DNA of 64,000 nucleotides from Planctomycetota bacterium. GTDB lineage: Bacteria > Planctomycetota > UBA8108 > SXIK01. The notes under the pieces were generated by a model. The model had not been told where the DNA came from, did no database searches, and saw only the letters and a list, made by a program, of their open reading frames with translations. The position numbers and the translations under genes were made by a program. The stretch covers positions 5,984,001 to 6,048,000 of the forward strand of contig OZ244999.1 in NCBI GenBank assembly GCA_965223265.1, in the 5' to 3' direction. Below, one piece after another: positions 1 through 8,263 of the stretch; the stretch's first letter is position 1; the number at the start of each line of letters is the position of its first letter.

Positions 1-453
1 TACTTCGCCCCGGCGCTCGAGTGGAACCCGCAGACAGGCACGTTCTTTTTCCCGAGTAGCGGCAGCGGCGGCGATGGCATTCGCGTCTTCGACGTCGATA
101 CGGACGCCCAGCTCACACGTGATCCCATCCCGACGACAGGGCCGCCGACGGATTTCCTCCTCTACACCGACACCGCAGCTCGCTTCGTGCGCGGCGACGC
201 CAATGTCTCAGGGGAAATCGACATCAGCGATGCGATCTTCATCTTAATCTACCTCTTCGGCGGCGTCCCCGAAGTCACCTGCCTCGACGCAGCCGACGTC
301 GACGACGTCGAAGAGGTTGATCTCAGCGACGCGATCTACCTCCTGATGTCTCTCTTCAAGAACGGGCCCGGGCCGGCGGAGCCGTTGGACTGCGGTACCG
401 ACCCGTCCCTCGACGACCTCACGTGTACGTCGTTTTCGGCCTGCAGTGAGTGA
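1..453 (+). CDS. 3' part of a protein ending in a planctomycete dockerin-like module (5' end outside window)
   Basis: Frame is open from base 1 (YFAPALEWNPQTGTFFFP...) into FVRGDANVSGEIDISDAIFILIYLF...CLDAADVDD...DLSDAIYLL...CGTDPSLDDLTCTSFSAC; stop at 451-453. Confidence 0.85.
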   Translation, partial: YFAPALEWNPQTGTFFFPSSGSGGDGIRVFDVDTDAQLTRDPIPTTGPPTDFLLYTDTAARFVRGDANVSGEIDISDAIFILIYLFGGVPEVTCLDAADVDDVEEVDLSDAIYLLMSLFKNGPGPAEPLDCGTDPSLDDLTCTSFSACSE

Positions 454-615
454 AGTCGACGAGGCAGCCTTGGCGCATCAGCGGTCTTGATTCTCACGCC
501 GGAACGCATGTCGTCGCCTCGCTCGCGCCTGCCGACACGATTGTGCTCAGATGCTCGGAGACGTTCGCGTAGAATGGCGGCCGAGCACTCGCCGGCTGTT
601 TTCAGGAGACGCGAC

Positions 616-3600
616 GTGAAGGTTCTCGGACGACTCGACGGCAAAGCACTTCACGTTATTCTCGTCACTGTCATTTCGCTTTCGCTGCTCGCACCGGAGC
701 GATTGCGAGCCGTCGACTGTAACGGGAACGGCAACGAAGACGCCGCCGACATCGAGAGTGACTTCAGCGCTGACTGTAATAGCAACCAGGTCCCGGACGA
801 GTGCGACACGCGCCCTCTGACGTTCGAGACCAGCGACGAAAGCCTGGCGGTCGCGAAGTTTCCACGATTCGTCCGAAGCGCTGACCTCAACGGTGATGGC
901 GATCTCGATCTGATCACCGGCAATCAGAGCGCCAGCGGTGCGTCGACCGTCTCCATCTTGTTGGGCGCCGGCGACGGCGCCTTTCTCGATGCGATCGACT
1001 TCGACGCCGGTCAGCGCCTCGCGAGCTTCACGCTGGCCGATATGGATCGCGACGGAGATCTCGACCTCGTCACCGCGAACGATACGTCAGCTAGGGTCCT
1101 TCTCAACGACGGCGAAGCGCAGTTCAGTGCATTCACCGCCTTGACGGTGGCAGCCTCAGCAGTCTTCGTGGCTGCGGCCGACGTCAACGATGATGGTCAC
1201 CTCGACTTGGTGACGGCGCACTCGGATGCCGACATGATCTCGGTGCGCGTCCAGAGCGGCGGCGGTGGCTTCGGCCCGCCAGCCCAATTGCCAACGGGGG
1301 ACCATCCGAATTCCGTAGCAGCGAGCGACTTCGACGCAGGCGGCGATGTCGATTTGGCCGTCTGTAACCGAAATACCGGCACGGTATCGATCCTGCCCGG
1401 ACGTGGGGACGGCACCTTTGAAGACGCCATCGAAATCGAGACCGGCACGAGTCGCCCGTTCGCTGTGCTTGCCGCGGATTTGAACGGCGATGGAAATGTG
1501 GACCTTGCCGTCGGCAGCCCCACGAGCACGGCGGTGCTCGCGGGCCAAGGCGGCCACGCGTTCAGTGAACCGCTTCGCTTCGACTACGTCGGTGCGGCGA
1601 ATTCTCTCATCAGCGACGATATCGACGACGATGGCAGCATCGATCTCATCGTCGGATTCAAAGACATCGACAAAGTAACGCTGATTCGCAACCACCTCAC
1701 GACGTCGTTCTCGTTTCGGGCCGCCGTCGAGAACCAGGCACGCATGCTGAAGTCGAGCTCCGTCGCCGCAGGCGACCTGAACGCAGATGGTGCGACAGAC
1801 CTAGCGCTGATCGCTGGAAGCAACGTCGCGATCGCTTGGAACATCGAAGGTGAGATCGGCTCGGCCCTCTTCGACGACCAAGCGTTTCTCGCTCTGGGGA
1901 ACCCCCACACCATCGCCCTCGGCGATCTCGATGGAGACGAGGATCTCGACGTCGTCACCGGCAATCATGTCGCCGGGACTAGGATCTCGGTGCTCAAGAA
2001 CCGTGGCGACGGCACATTCGCCGATATTGCGACGTATGACACGCGAGGCTTCTCGTTTTCCGTAGAAGTGGCTGACCTCGATGGCGACGGCGACCTCGAC
2101 ATCGCCTCAGCGTATCCGGAATCAAGCGCTGTCCAGATCATCAACAACGATGGTCAAGGCGTCTTCGCCGAAGGTGCCAACCAGCGGGTCGGCGGCAGAC
2201 CGCACGACGTCGCCGTCGGAGATCTCGATGGCGATCGCGATATCGATGTTATCAGCGCCAATCTTTCGAGCAACACCGTCAGCCTGCTCTTCAACCGTGG
2301 CGATGGCACATTCGAGACGTGGATCGATCTCGCTTCTGGCAGCGCGCCAGTTGCGGCGCAGCTTGCTGATCTGAATGGCGACGGGGATCTCGACATCGCG
2401 GTGGCCAACTCAGGTTCCTTCGACGTGTGGGTCTTCGCCAATCGTGGCGATGGGAGTTTTGCGCCCGGCATCCCTCATGACCTCGTCGGAGGACCGACGT
2501 TTGTGGCTGTAGGCGATCTCGATCTCGACGGCCATCTCGACGTGGTGACGGCGAACGAGTCGGCGCAGACGGTTTCGGTTCTGTGGAATCTTGGCGTCGC
2601 GGGTGAAGCCCCGAGCTTCGCGGTGCCCGTCGACATCGCGGTTGGTGCCAATCCACACTCGGTCTTAACCGCCGACCTCACCGGCAGCGGACGCCTCGAT
2701 GTCGTCACCGCGAACCAAATCCACAACACTCTTTCCGTCCTCTTCAACGACGGTGGGCGTTCGTTCGCGCCGGCGACGTCTGTTCCCGTAGGAACCCAGC
2801 CGCGCTTCGCAGCCGCCGGTGACCTAGACCTCGATGGTGACATGGATCTCATCAGCGCCAATCGTCTTTCGGAGGACATCACGGTTCTGCTCAACCGAAC
2901 TGCCGCGTCCGGCGCTGACTACCTCGAGCGCATCTGCACCGAGGCCGACTTCTACGCCATTTCAAGAAGCACATCATCCGGTCGGGTGACCAAATACATT
3001 CTGCCAGCACGTGAAGATCCCGATCTGCTCCCGACGCTTTATCAAAACGTGCGCCGCTTCAGCCTTCACGAGGACTTCCTCGCCGGCGCTTTTCCGGAGA
3101 GGTTCCCGACGCGGCCCAGCGGCGAAGAGTACGATCAGCTCGTCGGCCGACGGGCAAGCCGCGATTATTACATCGGCGTGCTGTCCAGCTGGCGCACCAC
3201 CGACGGCCTCGTCTATACCTTCACGGTCGTCGCAGATACTGGTTTCGATCCTGCTGAAGTGCTGATGCAAGACGAAATCAGCGGGGTCTACGATTCCCTG
3301 AAACAATCCTTCACGCTCGAAACGCTCGCCTACTGGCCCGACGATCAACTCGCTCGAGAACAAGCGGATAGCTGGAAGGTTCCTGACTTTCCGATCTTCC
3401 TGCCGGAGGAAAGCGGCCGCCCCGGCGTCGACTTCGAAGCCTACACGCTGGGAACTGGCTACGGACGCGTCCGTCTTTTCACCCTCGAAGAATTCGAGGC
3501 AGCGAGCGCCAGCGGCCATTTCACTTTTCAGGATATCGTCGTCGTCGATGCGGCACCGCGGGACATCGAAGGCATCGTAGCGGGCGTCGTCACCGGAGCG

Positions 3601-6048
3601 ATTCAGGGACCTCTCAGCCACGTCGCGATCCGTACGGCGCGCCGCGGCACACCGAACGCCTTTGTCGAGGGTGCACTGGAAGAGTTCGCGAAATACGCAG
3701 GCGACCTGGTTCGTCTCGACGTCACCGCTACCGGCTACTCGGTTGTTCCTGCAGAAATCGACGAAGCTGAGGAGTTCTGGAGAGAGAGCCGCCCCGATCT
3801 GCCGCAGCTCCCCGACTTCGACCCAGACTACGCCCGCCTCGATGCCCTGGCAGAGATCGATCTCAGCGGCGAGCTGAACCCAGTGGCGCGCTTCGGCGGC
3901 AAGGCAACCAACCTTGCTCGACTGCAGAGTCTCCTCACGGGAGAGTTCGTGCGCTACCGCGAGCAGGGTTTCGCGATCCCCATGCACTATTACTTGGAGT
4001 TCATGCGAACGAATCGAATCCTGGTCGAAGGCAGGGGCGAGATGACCTTTGAGCAGCGTCTCGAAGAACTGCTCGCGGCAATCGATTTCCAGAGCGACTC
4101 CGTCCTCCGCGCTGCGGCGCTCGAAGAGTTTCGCAAGACGATGCGCGAGCGCGGCGTTGTCAGCCCAGAGCTCGTCGAAAATCTCGCGCGCCGCATTGAG
4201 ACCATCTTTGGCTCGACGCAGCTAATGGTGCGTTTTCGGTCGAGCTCGAACACCGAAGACGCTCTCGAGTTCAATGGTGCCGGTCTCTACGAATCGACCT
4301 CCGTCTGCGCCGCCGATAGTCTCGATCCCGCCAGACGCGAAGGCTCACACTGCGATGTGAGCAGATCCACAGAGCGGACGATCGAACGCGCACTCGCGAA
4401 GGTCTGGGCCAGTCTGTGGACGTTCCGCGCCCACGAGGAGCGGACGTTCTTCCAGATTCCGCCAGAACGTGCAGCGATGGGACTCCTGGTGACGCGCGCG
4501 TTCTTGGATGAGAAGGCGAACGGCGTCGCGTTCACCGGCAACCCACAGAACGTACGTGACCGCCGTTACCTCATCACGGCACAGATCGGGGAAGAGAGTG
4601 TCGTCAGTCCCGCGCCAGGAACATCCGTCGAGAGAAACTTGCTCGAAGTGGTGGAAGGTGGCGAGGTGGTCCGCATCATCCGCGACCGCCGCTCGTCGCT
4701 TGTCGCAGTGGATGAAGTAGTGCTCTCCGATGAGCATCTGCGCGAGCTCGCGCGGCTCTTGTGGCACGTCGATCAGAACTTCCCACTTGAGCTCGAGGGG
4801 CATCCGCGCGAGCAAGTTCTCCTCGACTTCGAGTTCAAGATCGAACCTGACGACTCCCTCGCAGTGAAGCAGGTGCGGCCGTTTCTGATTCCAGACAGCG
4901 CACCGCCATCGCCAGACTTCGAACTTGTGGTGCCGGAGGGCACCGAGGTGTGCGGCGTCTTCTCAAAGGAGCGTGTTGGTCGCGAGCCGGGAGTCGAATA
5001 TGAAACCAAGAGCACGATCCGCCTGCTCTCCGGAACGTACCCGCTCTCAAGCTCGGCCGACAGCTTCGCGGCGGAGCTCATCGAAGAAGTGCGCTTCGGG
5101 CCTGAGCAGGCGATCGCGACGCCGGAGGCGCCGGGTCTCTTCCGCGTCGCGCGCTTGGGCGCGACGGGAGGTGAGACAACGTACCGGTTCAACTACGAAC
5201 AAAACTTCACGCTCCCGGGAGGGGAGAGCTTTGTCGTTAAGCTGTTTGGCCTGCGTTTTACTGGACGCGGAGCACTCGCTGTGGAGAAGAGTCTGGTGCT
5301 CGACGAGGACTATTTGACCTTTGGGCTCGCGATGCAGGGATTCCTTGCTGACGAGCCGGTTGTCGGGTATTCGTCGTGCTCGCACGCAGTGCTCCCGCGC
5401 TGGGAGATCGCCGTCGATTTCGGGGCGGACTCTCAAATTCGTTTGGTCGAGAGATTCTTGCCGTCCGAACTCCAGATCTCGACGGGACCCGCTAGCCTGC
5501 GGCGCGCAGAGGTTGAGCTTGAAGGCCAGGAGCAGGTGGTGAGCGACTACTGGCGCCTCGTCTACGCCGCCAGGCGCCATAACGTCGACGTCCGCTACTG
5601 GGTCGTCCTCGAGCCGGCGCTGCGCTTGCCTTCGCTCGCCGCTGCGGTCCGCGTCGTAGAGATCGCTGCACCTGGCATGACGCATCCGACAGGCACGGTA
5701 AGCCTCCTTGACGAGAGCTTCCAGCTGCTGTCACAGCAAAACATCGCCAGTTTCGTGACGCGTCAGATCCAAGAGGCGAACTTCGTGCGCGGCGACGTCG
5801 ATGTCGATGGAGAGCTCAATCTCGCCGACGCACTAGCGATCTTAGGCCATCTTTTCCAGCGTCGCGCAGCACCGACGTGCGCCAAGGCTGCGGACGTCAA
5901 CGACGACGGCCGGCTGAACGTGAGCGATGCGATCGTGGTCCTTCTGCGGCTCTTCGCTGGCGGCTCCCCCCTCGCCGAGCCGTCGAGCTGCGGCACCGAC
6001 GCGACCGCAGACGCCCTCAGCTGCGCATCCTACTCAGGATGCGAGTAG
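616..6048 (+). CDS. Secreted FG-GAP repeat protein with PEP-utiliser phospho-His swivel domain, PPDK/PPS-type ATP-grasp domain and C-terminal dockerin-like module
   Basis: Start placed at GTG 616 (AGGAG at 604-608; the ORF track starts at 487). Signal peptide ...HVILVTVISLSLLAPERLRA; DCNGNG motif; 14 D(L)xGDGxxD repeats; swivel motif AGVVTGAIQGPLSHVAIRTARRGTP; ATP-grasp motifs FGGKATNL, GFAIP, RFRSSSNTED, GAGLYES, VWASLW, NGVAFT, DFEFK, KQVRP; FVRGDVD dockerin-like tail from ~5782. Confidence 0.85.
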   Translation: MKVLGRLDGKALHVILVTVISLSLLAPERLRAVDCNGNGNEDAADIESDFSADCNSNQVPDECDTRPLTFETSDESLAVAKFPRFVRSADLNGDGDLDLITGNQSASGASTVSILLGAGDGAFLDAIDFDAGQRLASFTLADMDRDGDLDLVTANDTSARVLLNDGEAQFSAFTALTVAASAVFVAAADVNDDGHLDLVTAHSDADMISVRVQSGGGGFGPPAQLPTGDHPNSVAASDFDAGGDVDLAVCNRNTGTVSILPGRGDGTFEDAIEIETGTSRPFAVLAADLNGDGNVDLAVGSPTSTAVLAGQGGHAFSEPLRFDYVGAANSLISDDIDDDGSIDLIVGFKDIDKVTLIRNHLTTSFSFRAAVENQARMLKSSSVAAGDLNADGATDLALIAGSNVAIAWNIEGEIGSALFDDQAFLALGNPHTIALGDLDGDEDLDVVTGNHVAGTRISVLKNRGDGTFADIATYDTRGFSFSVEVADLDGDGDLDIASAYPESSAVQIINNDGQGVFAEGANQRVGGRPHDVAVGDLDGDRDIDVISANLSSNTVSLLFNRGDGTFETWIDLASGSAPVAAQLADLNGDGDLDIAVANSGSFDVWVFANRGDGSFAPGIPHDLVGGPTFVAVGDLDLDGHLDVVTANESAQTVSVLWNLGVAGEAPSFAVPVDIAVGANPHSVLTADLTGSGRLDVVTANQIHNTLSVLFNDGGRSFAPATSVPVGTQPRFAAAGDLDLDGDMDLISANRLSEDITVLLNRTAASGADYLERICTEADFYAISRSTSSGRVTKYILPAREDPDLLPTLYQNVRRFSLHEDFLAGAFPERFPTRPSGEEYDQLVGRRASRDYYIGVLSSWRTTDGLVYTFTVVADTGFDPAEVLMQDEISGVYDSLKQSFTLETLAYWPDDQLAREQADSWKVPDFPIFLPEESGRPGVDFEAYTLGTGYGRVRLFTLEEFEAASASGHFTFQDIVVVDAAPRDIEGIVAGVVTGAIQGPLSHVAIRTARRGTPNAFVEGALEEFAKYAGDLVRLDVTATGYSVVPAEIDEAEEFWRESRPDLPQLPDFDPDYARLDALAEIDLSGELNPVARFGGKATNLARLQSLLTGEFVRYREQGFAIPMHYYLEFMRTNRILVEGRGEMTFEQRLEELLAAIDFQSDSVLRAAALEEFRKTMRERGVVSPELVENLARRIETIFGSTQLMVRFRSSSNTEDALEFNGAGLYESTSVCAADSLDPARREGSHCDVSRSTERTIERALAKVWASLWTFRAHEERTFFQIPPERAAMGLLVTRAFLDEKANGVAFTGNPQNVRDRRYLITAQIGEESVVSPAPGTSVERNLLEVVEGGEVVRIIRDRRSSLVAVDEVVLSDEHLRELARLLWHVDQNFPLELEGHPREQVLLDFEFKIEPDDSLAVKQVRPFLIPDSAPPSPDFELVVPEGTEVCGVFSKERVGREPGVEYETKSTIRLLSGTYPLSSSADSFAAELIEEVRFGPEQAIATPEAPGLFRVARLGATGGETTYRFNYEQNFTLPGGESFVVKLFGLRFTGRGALAVEKSLVLDEDYLTFGLAMQGFLADEPVVGYSSCSHAVLPRWEIAVDFGADSQIRLVERFLPSELQISTGPASLRRAEVELEGQEQVVSDYWRLVYAARRHNVDVRYWVVLEPALRLPSLAAAVRVVEIAAPGMTHPTGTVSLLDESFQLLSQQNIASFVTRQIQEANFVRGDVDVDGELNLADALAILGHLFQRRAAPTCAKAADVNDDGRLNVSDAIVVLLRLFAGGSPLAEPSSCGTDATADALSCASYSGCE

Positions 6049-6086
6049 CAGCACAAGAGGACTGACGGCCTCTCGGGAGCCGCCGA

Positions 6087-6107
6087 GAGTCCAAAGGCTT
6101 TGGACTC
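6087..6107. other. Perfect palindrome between convergent genes (possible terminator hairpin or binding site)
   Basis: GAGTCCAAAG-G-CTTTGGACTC, with flanking CGCCG/CGGCG extending the pairing to 6081-6115. Confidence 0.4.
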
Positions 6108-6210
6108 GTCCGGCGCGTCAAAACAAGACGGAGCGGGGCCGGGCGACTGCGCGATTCGGCAGCGGCGACCCCACTCCGCCCGGGCGATCAAAAACGTCGC
6201 AGCGAACGCC

Positions 6211-7185
6211 TCACTTCTTCTGGGCTGTCTCCACCGCCGCGCTCGCGGCGGCGTACTCTGGGTTCATCGTCCGCATCGTCTTGGTGACGCCGCCGAGTAC
6301 GACGCGCGCTTCGTCAAGAAGCGCCGCCTGAAGCTGAAAGGCGCGGTGCGCTTCTTGGGAAATGGAGCCCATGAACTCCGGGTTCGCCTGCGCCCACGCC
6401 ATCATCTCGCGCCCGTTGGCGGCAAGCTTCTCCAGCCCGGACGAAAGCGCCATGACGCTCTGCGGTATCAGCGCGACCGCCTGGTGGCTCTCCGCCAGCG
6501 AACCGAAGCCGGCGAGAATCTTCTGCTTTTGCTCCGCACTCAAGGCTCCTGCTTCTGTTTGCGCGGCGCTCCATGATGCCTTGAGCTCACCCAGACGCGC
6601 AGCGACGCGGATCGGGCACGTCTTCCCGCCAGCCGCCGCCTCTTTGGCGCAGCTCTTCGACTTGCCTCCTGCCGCTACAGCAGTCTTGGTCTCCTTGGCA
6701 CACTGCTTCGCGGCGCAGCAGCCCTCGTCGGCGCCGCAGCAGGCGCCGGCCGCGTAGCTCGCGAGCTGGTGGAGATCACCGATGAGCTTCGTGCGAGCCT
6801 CTTTCAGCTTGAGGCCTTCGGCGCGTGCCGCGGCGTCGAGCGCCTTCTTGGCCTCCGCGCTCTCGAGCGGACAATGCTTGGCGTTTTCCTGCGCGCAGCT
6901 GACGACCGTGGCAAGAGAGTCGCGCACGGTGCCGAGAGTCGAACCGAGGCGCGATCCGACCGGGCACTCTTTCGCTACCGAAGCGATGCGCTGCTTCTGC
7001 TGCTCATTCAGCGGTTTCGCGTCTTTGGTCGCCGCCTTCCAGCTGGCAAGAAGCGACGGGATGCTCGCCTCAGAAGCAGCTGCGCCGGCGTCCTTGGCAG
7101 GTCCGGCGACGACGGAAACGGCGGCGAAACAAAAGGGAAGAGCGACGGCGAAGAGAGCGAATCGACGAAACGTTCTTGTCGACAT
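6211..7185 (-). CDS. Secreted Cys-rich alpha-helical hypothetical protein
   Basis: ATG 7185 with GAGGA upstream; signal peptide MSTRTFRRFALFAVALPFCFAAVSVVA; Cys cluster GACCGADEGCCAAKQC; internal repeat LLASWKAA...EQQKQRI / LKASWSAA...AEQKQKI. Confidence 0.75.
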   Translation of the reverse strand: MSTRTFRRFALFAVALPFCFAAVSVVAGPAKDAGAAASEASIPSLLASWKAATKDAKPLNEQQKQRIASVAKECPVGSRLGSTLGTVRDSLATVVSCAQENAKHCPLESAEAKKALDAAARAEGLKLKEARTKLIGDLHQLASYAAGACCGADEGCCAAKQCAKETKTAVAAGGKSKSCAKEAAAGGKTCPIRVAARLGELKASWSAAQTEAGALSAEQKQKILAGFGSLAESHQAVALIPQSVMALSSGLEKLAANGREMMAWAQANPEFMGSISQEAHRAFQLQAALLDEARVVLGGVTKTMRTMNPEYAAASAAVETAQKK

Positions 7186-7409
7186 GTGATGGAATTCCTC
7201 AGAATTCACTCGAGATCGAGGACGTCAGCAGACGAAGCCTCGGTCTCGAGCATTTGTCCAACTCGTTCGCCGCGTCACGCCGACCCACCCGGTAGCCTCT
7301 GGGCGTCAGCGCTGTCGCGGCGGACCTTTTCACTGCAAATGCTCGATTAGCTCGGTTAGGTGGCGCACCTCCTTTTCTGCGGCGGCTGAACCGCTCAGCG
7401 GCCGCCTTG

Positions 7410-7435
7410 AAACAAACCGACTAGTTGGTATGTTT
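7410..7435. promoter_or_regulatory. Putative TetR operator upstream of the Cys-rich gene
   Basis: Near-palindrome AAACAAACCGACTAGTTGGTATGTTT containing two overlapping AC(C/T)-N4-(A/G)GT boxes that resemble the box at 8081-8094. Confidence 0.55.
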
Positions 7436-7454
7436 CCCTTGCCAAAGAAACACC

Positions 7455-8054
7455 TTATCGCCCATAGAGCGACTGAACGTATTGCTTGAAGTGAACTAGG
7501 TTCTGCGCCAAAGCAGCGCGCTCGCCGGTCGTCTTGAGAAGAAGCATCGACCCCTGGGCCAGAGACAAAAAACACGTGCCGAGACTCGCGGCATCAAAAC
7601 TCGCCTCCGGAGCGTGGAGCGCCTTCGCAGCCGCGAACGCCTCCCCCATTCCCGCCGCGAAACGTTCGAAACTGCACTGGCAGACCGCGCGCAACTCGGG
7701 ATGCGTCTCGGAAATCTCCTGCGCGAACGTGCCCACCAGGCAGCCCTTCATGTCTGGATTGCGGAAGCTCTCGATGGCGCAGTCGATCATGCAGTAGATC
7801 CGATCGAGTGGATCCTCAATCGCTGCGCAGGCCTCGGCGAATGCTCCCTCCTGCTTGCGGGCAAACCGCTCGAGGAGCACCTTGCCGAGTTCTTCTTTAC
7901 TGCGGAAGTAGTGGAAGAAGCTGCCCTTGGTGACACCGGCGGCGCTACAGATCTCGTCCACGGTCGCGGCGACGTAGCCCTTGGCGAGCATGATCTCCTC
8001 CGCAGCGTTGAGTAGCTGGTTGCGGGTCGGAGGGTCGGGATCTTTCGTGCGCAT
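7455..8054 (-). CDS. TetR/AcrR family transcriptional regulator, NemR-like
   Basis: TetR HTH (TRNQLLNAAEEIMLAKGYVAATVDEICSAAGVTKGSFFHYFRSKEEL) and C-terminal KGCLVG motif. Start placed at ATG 8054 (MRTKDPD); the longer ORF to 8339 overlaps the divergent gene. Confidence 0.9.
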   Translation of the reverse strand: MRTKDPDPPTRNQLLNAAEEIMLAKGYVAATVDEICSAAGVTKGSFFHYFRSKEELGKVLLERFARKQEGAFAEACAAIEDPLDRIYCMIDCAIESFRNPDMKGCLVGTFAQEISETHPELRAVCQCSFERFAAGMGEAFAAAKALHAPEASFDAASLGTCFLSLAQGSMLLLKTTGERAALAQNLVHFKQYVQSLYGR

Positions 8055-8080
8055 GAATCTGTCGTCAGGCTTTCGGATAC

Positions 8081-8094
8081 ATACCAGTCGGTAT
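8081..8094. promoter_or_regulatory. Putative TetR autoregulatory operator
   Basis: ATACC-AGTC-GGTAT palindrome about 27 nt upstream of the tetR start; ACC-N4-GGT cores are typical of NemR-type operators. Confidence 0.6.
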
Positions 8095-8263
8095 AAGAAT
8101 AACCGGGCAGCGCCCAGCGTCAAGCCGGAAATCCAGTGAAGGCGCGAGATTCCGGAGAATCGGCCAGATTCTCGGTCCTGAGAGAGCGACCGGATGCGGA
8201 TGAGCGATGCATGACGGCGATCTTCCTCGCCGGAGCTCGTCCCCGCCAACAAGGAGTCCCGAG

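Noticed and set aside
880-2900. Recurring GATCTCGA(C/T)GGCGA-like DNA motifs suggesting a repeat array or CRISPR
   Set aside because: They are codons of FG-GAP repeats within an ORF, vary at synonymous sites and have no cas genes nearby.
487-6048. Labelling the large ORF as ppsA or ppdK
   Set aside because: It lacks the PEP/pyruvate barrel, has a different domain order and has a signal peptide.
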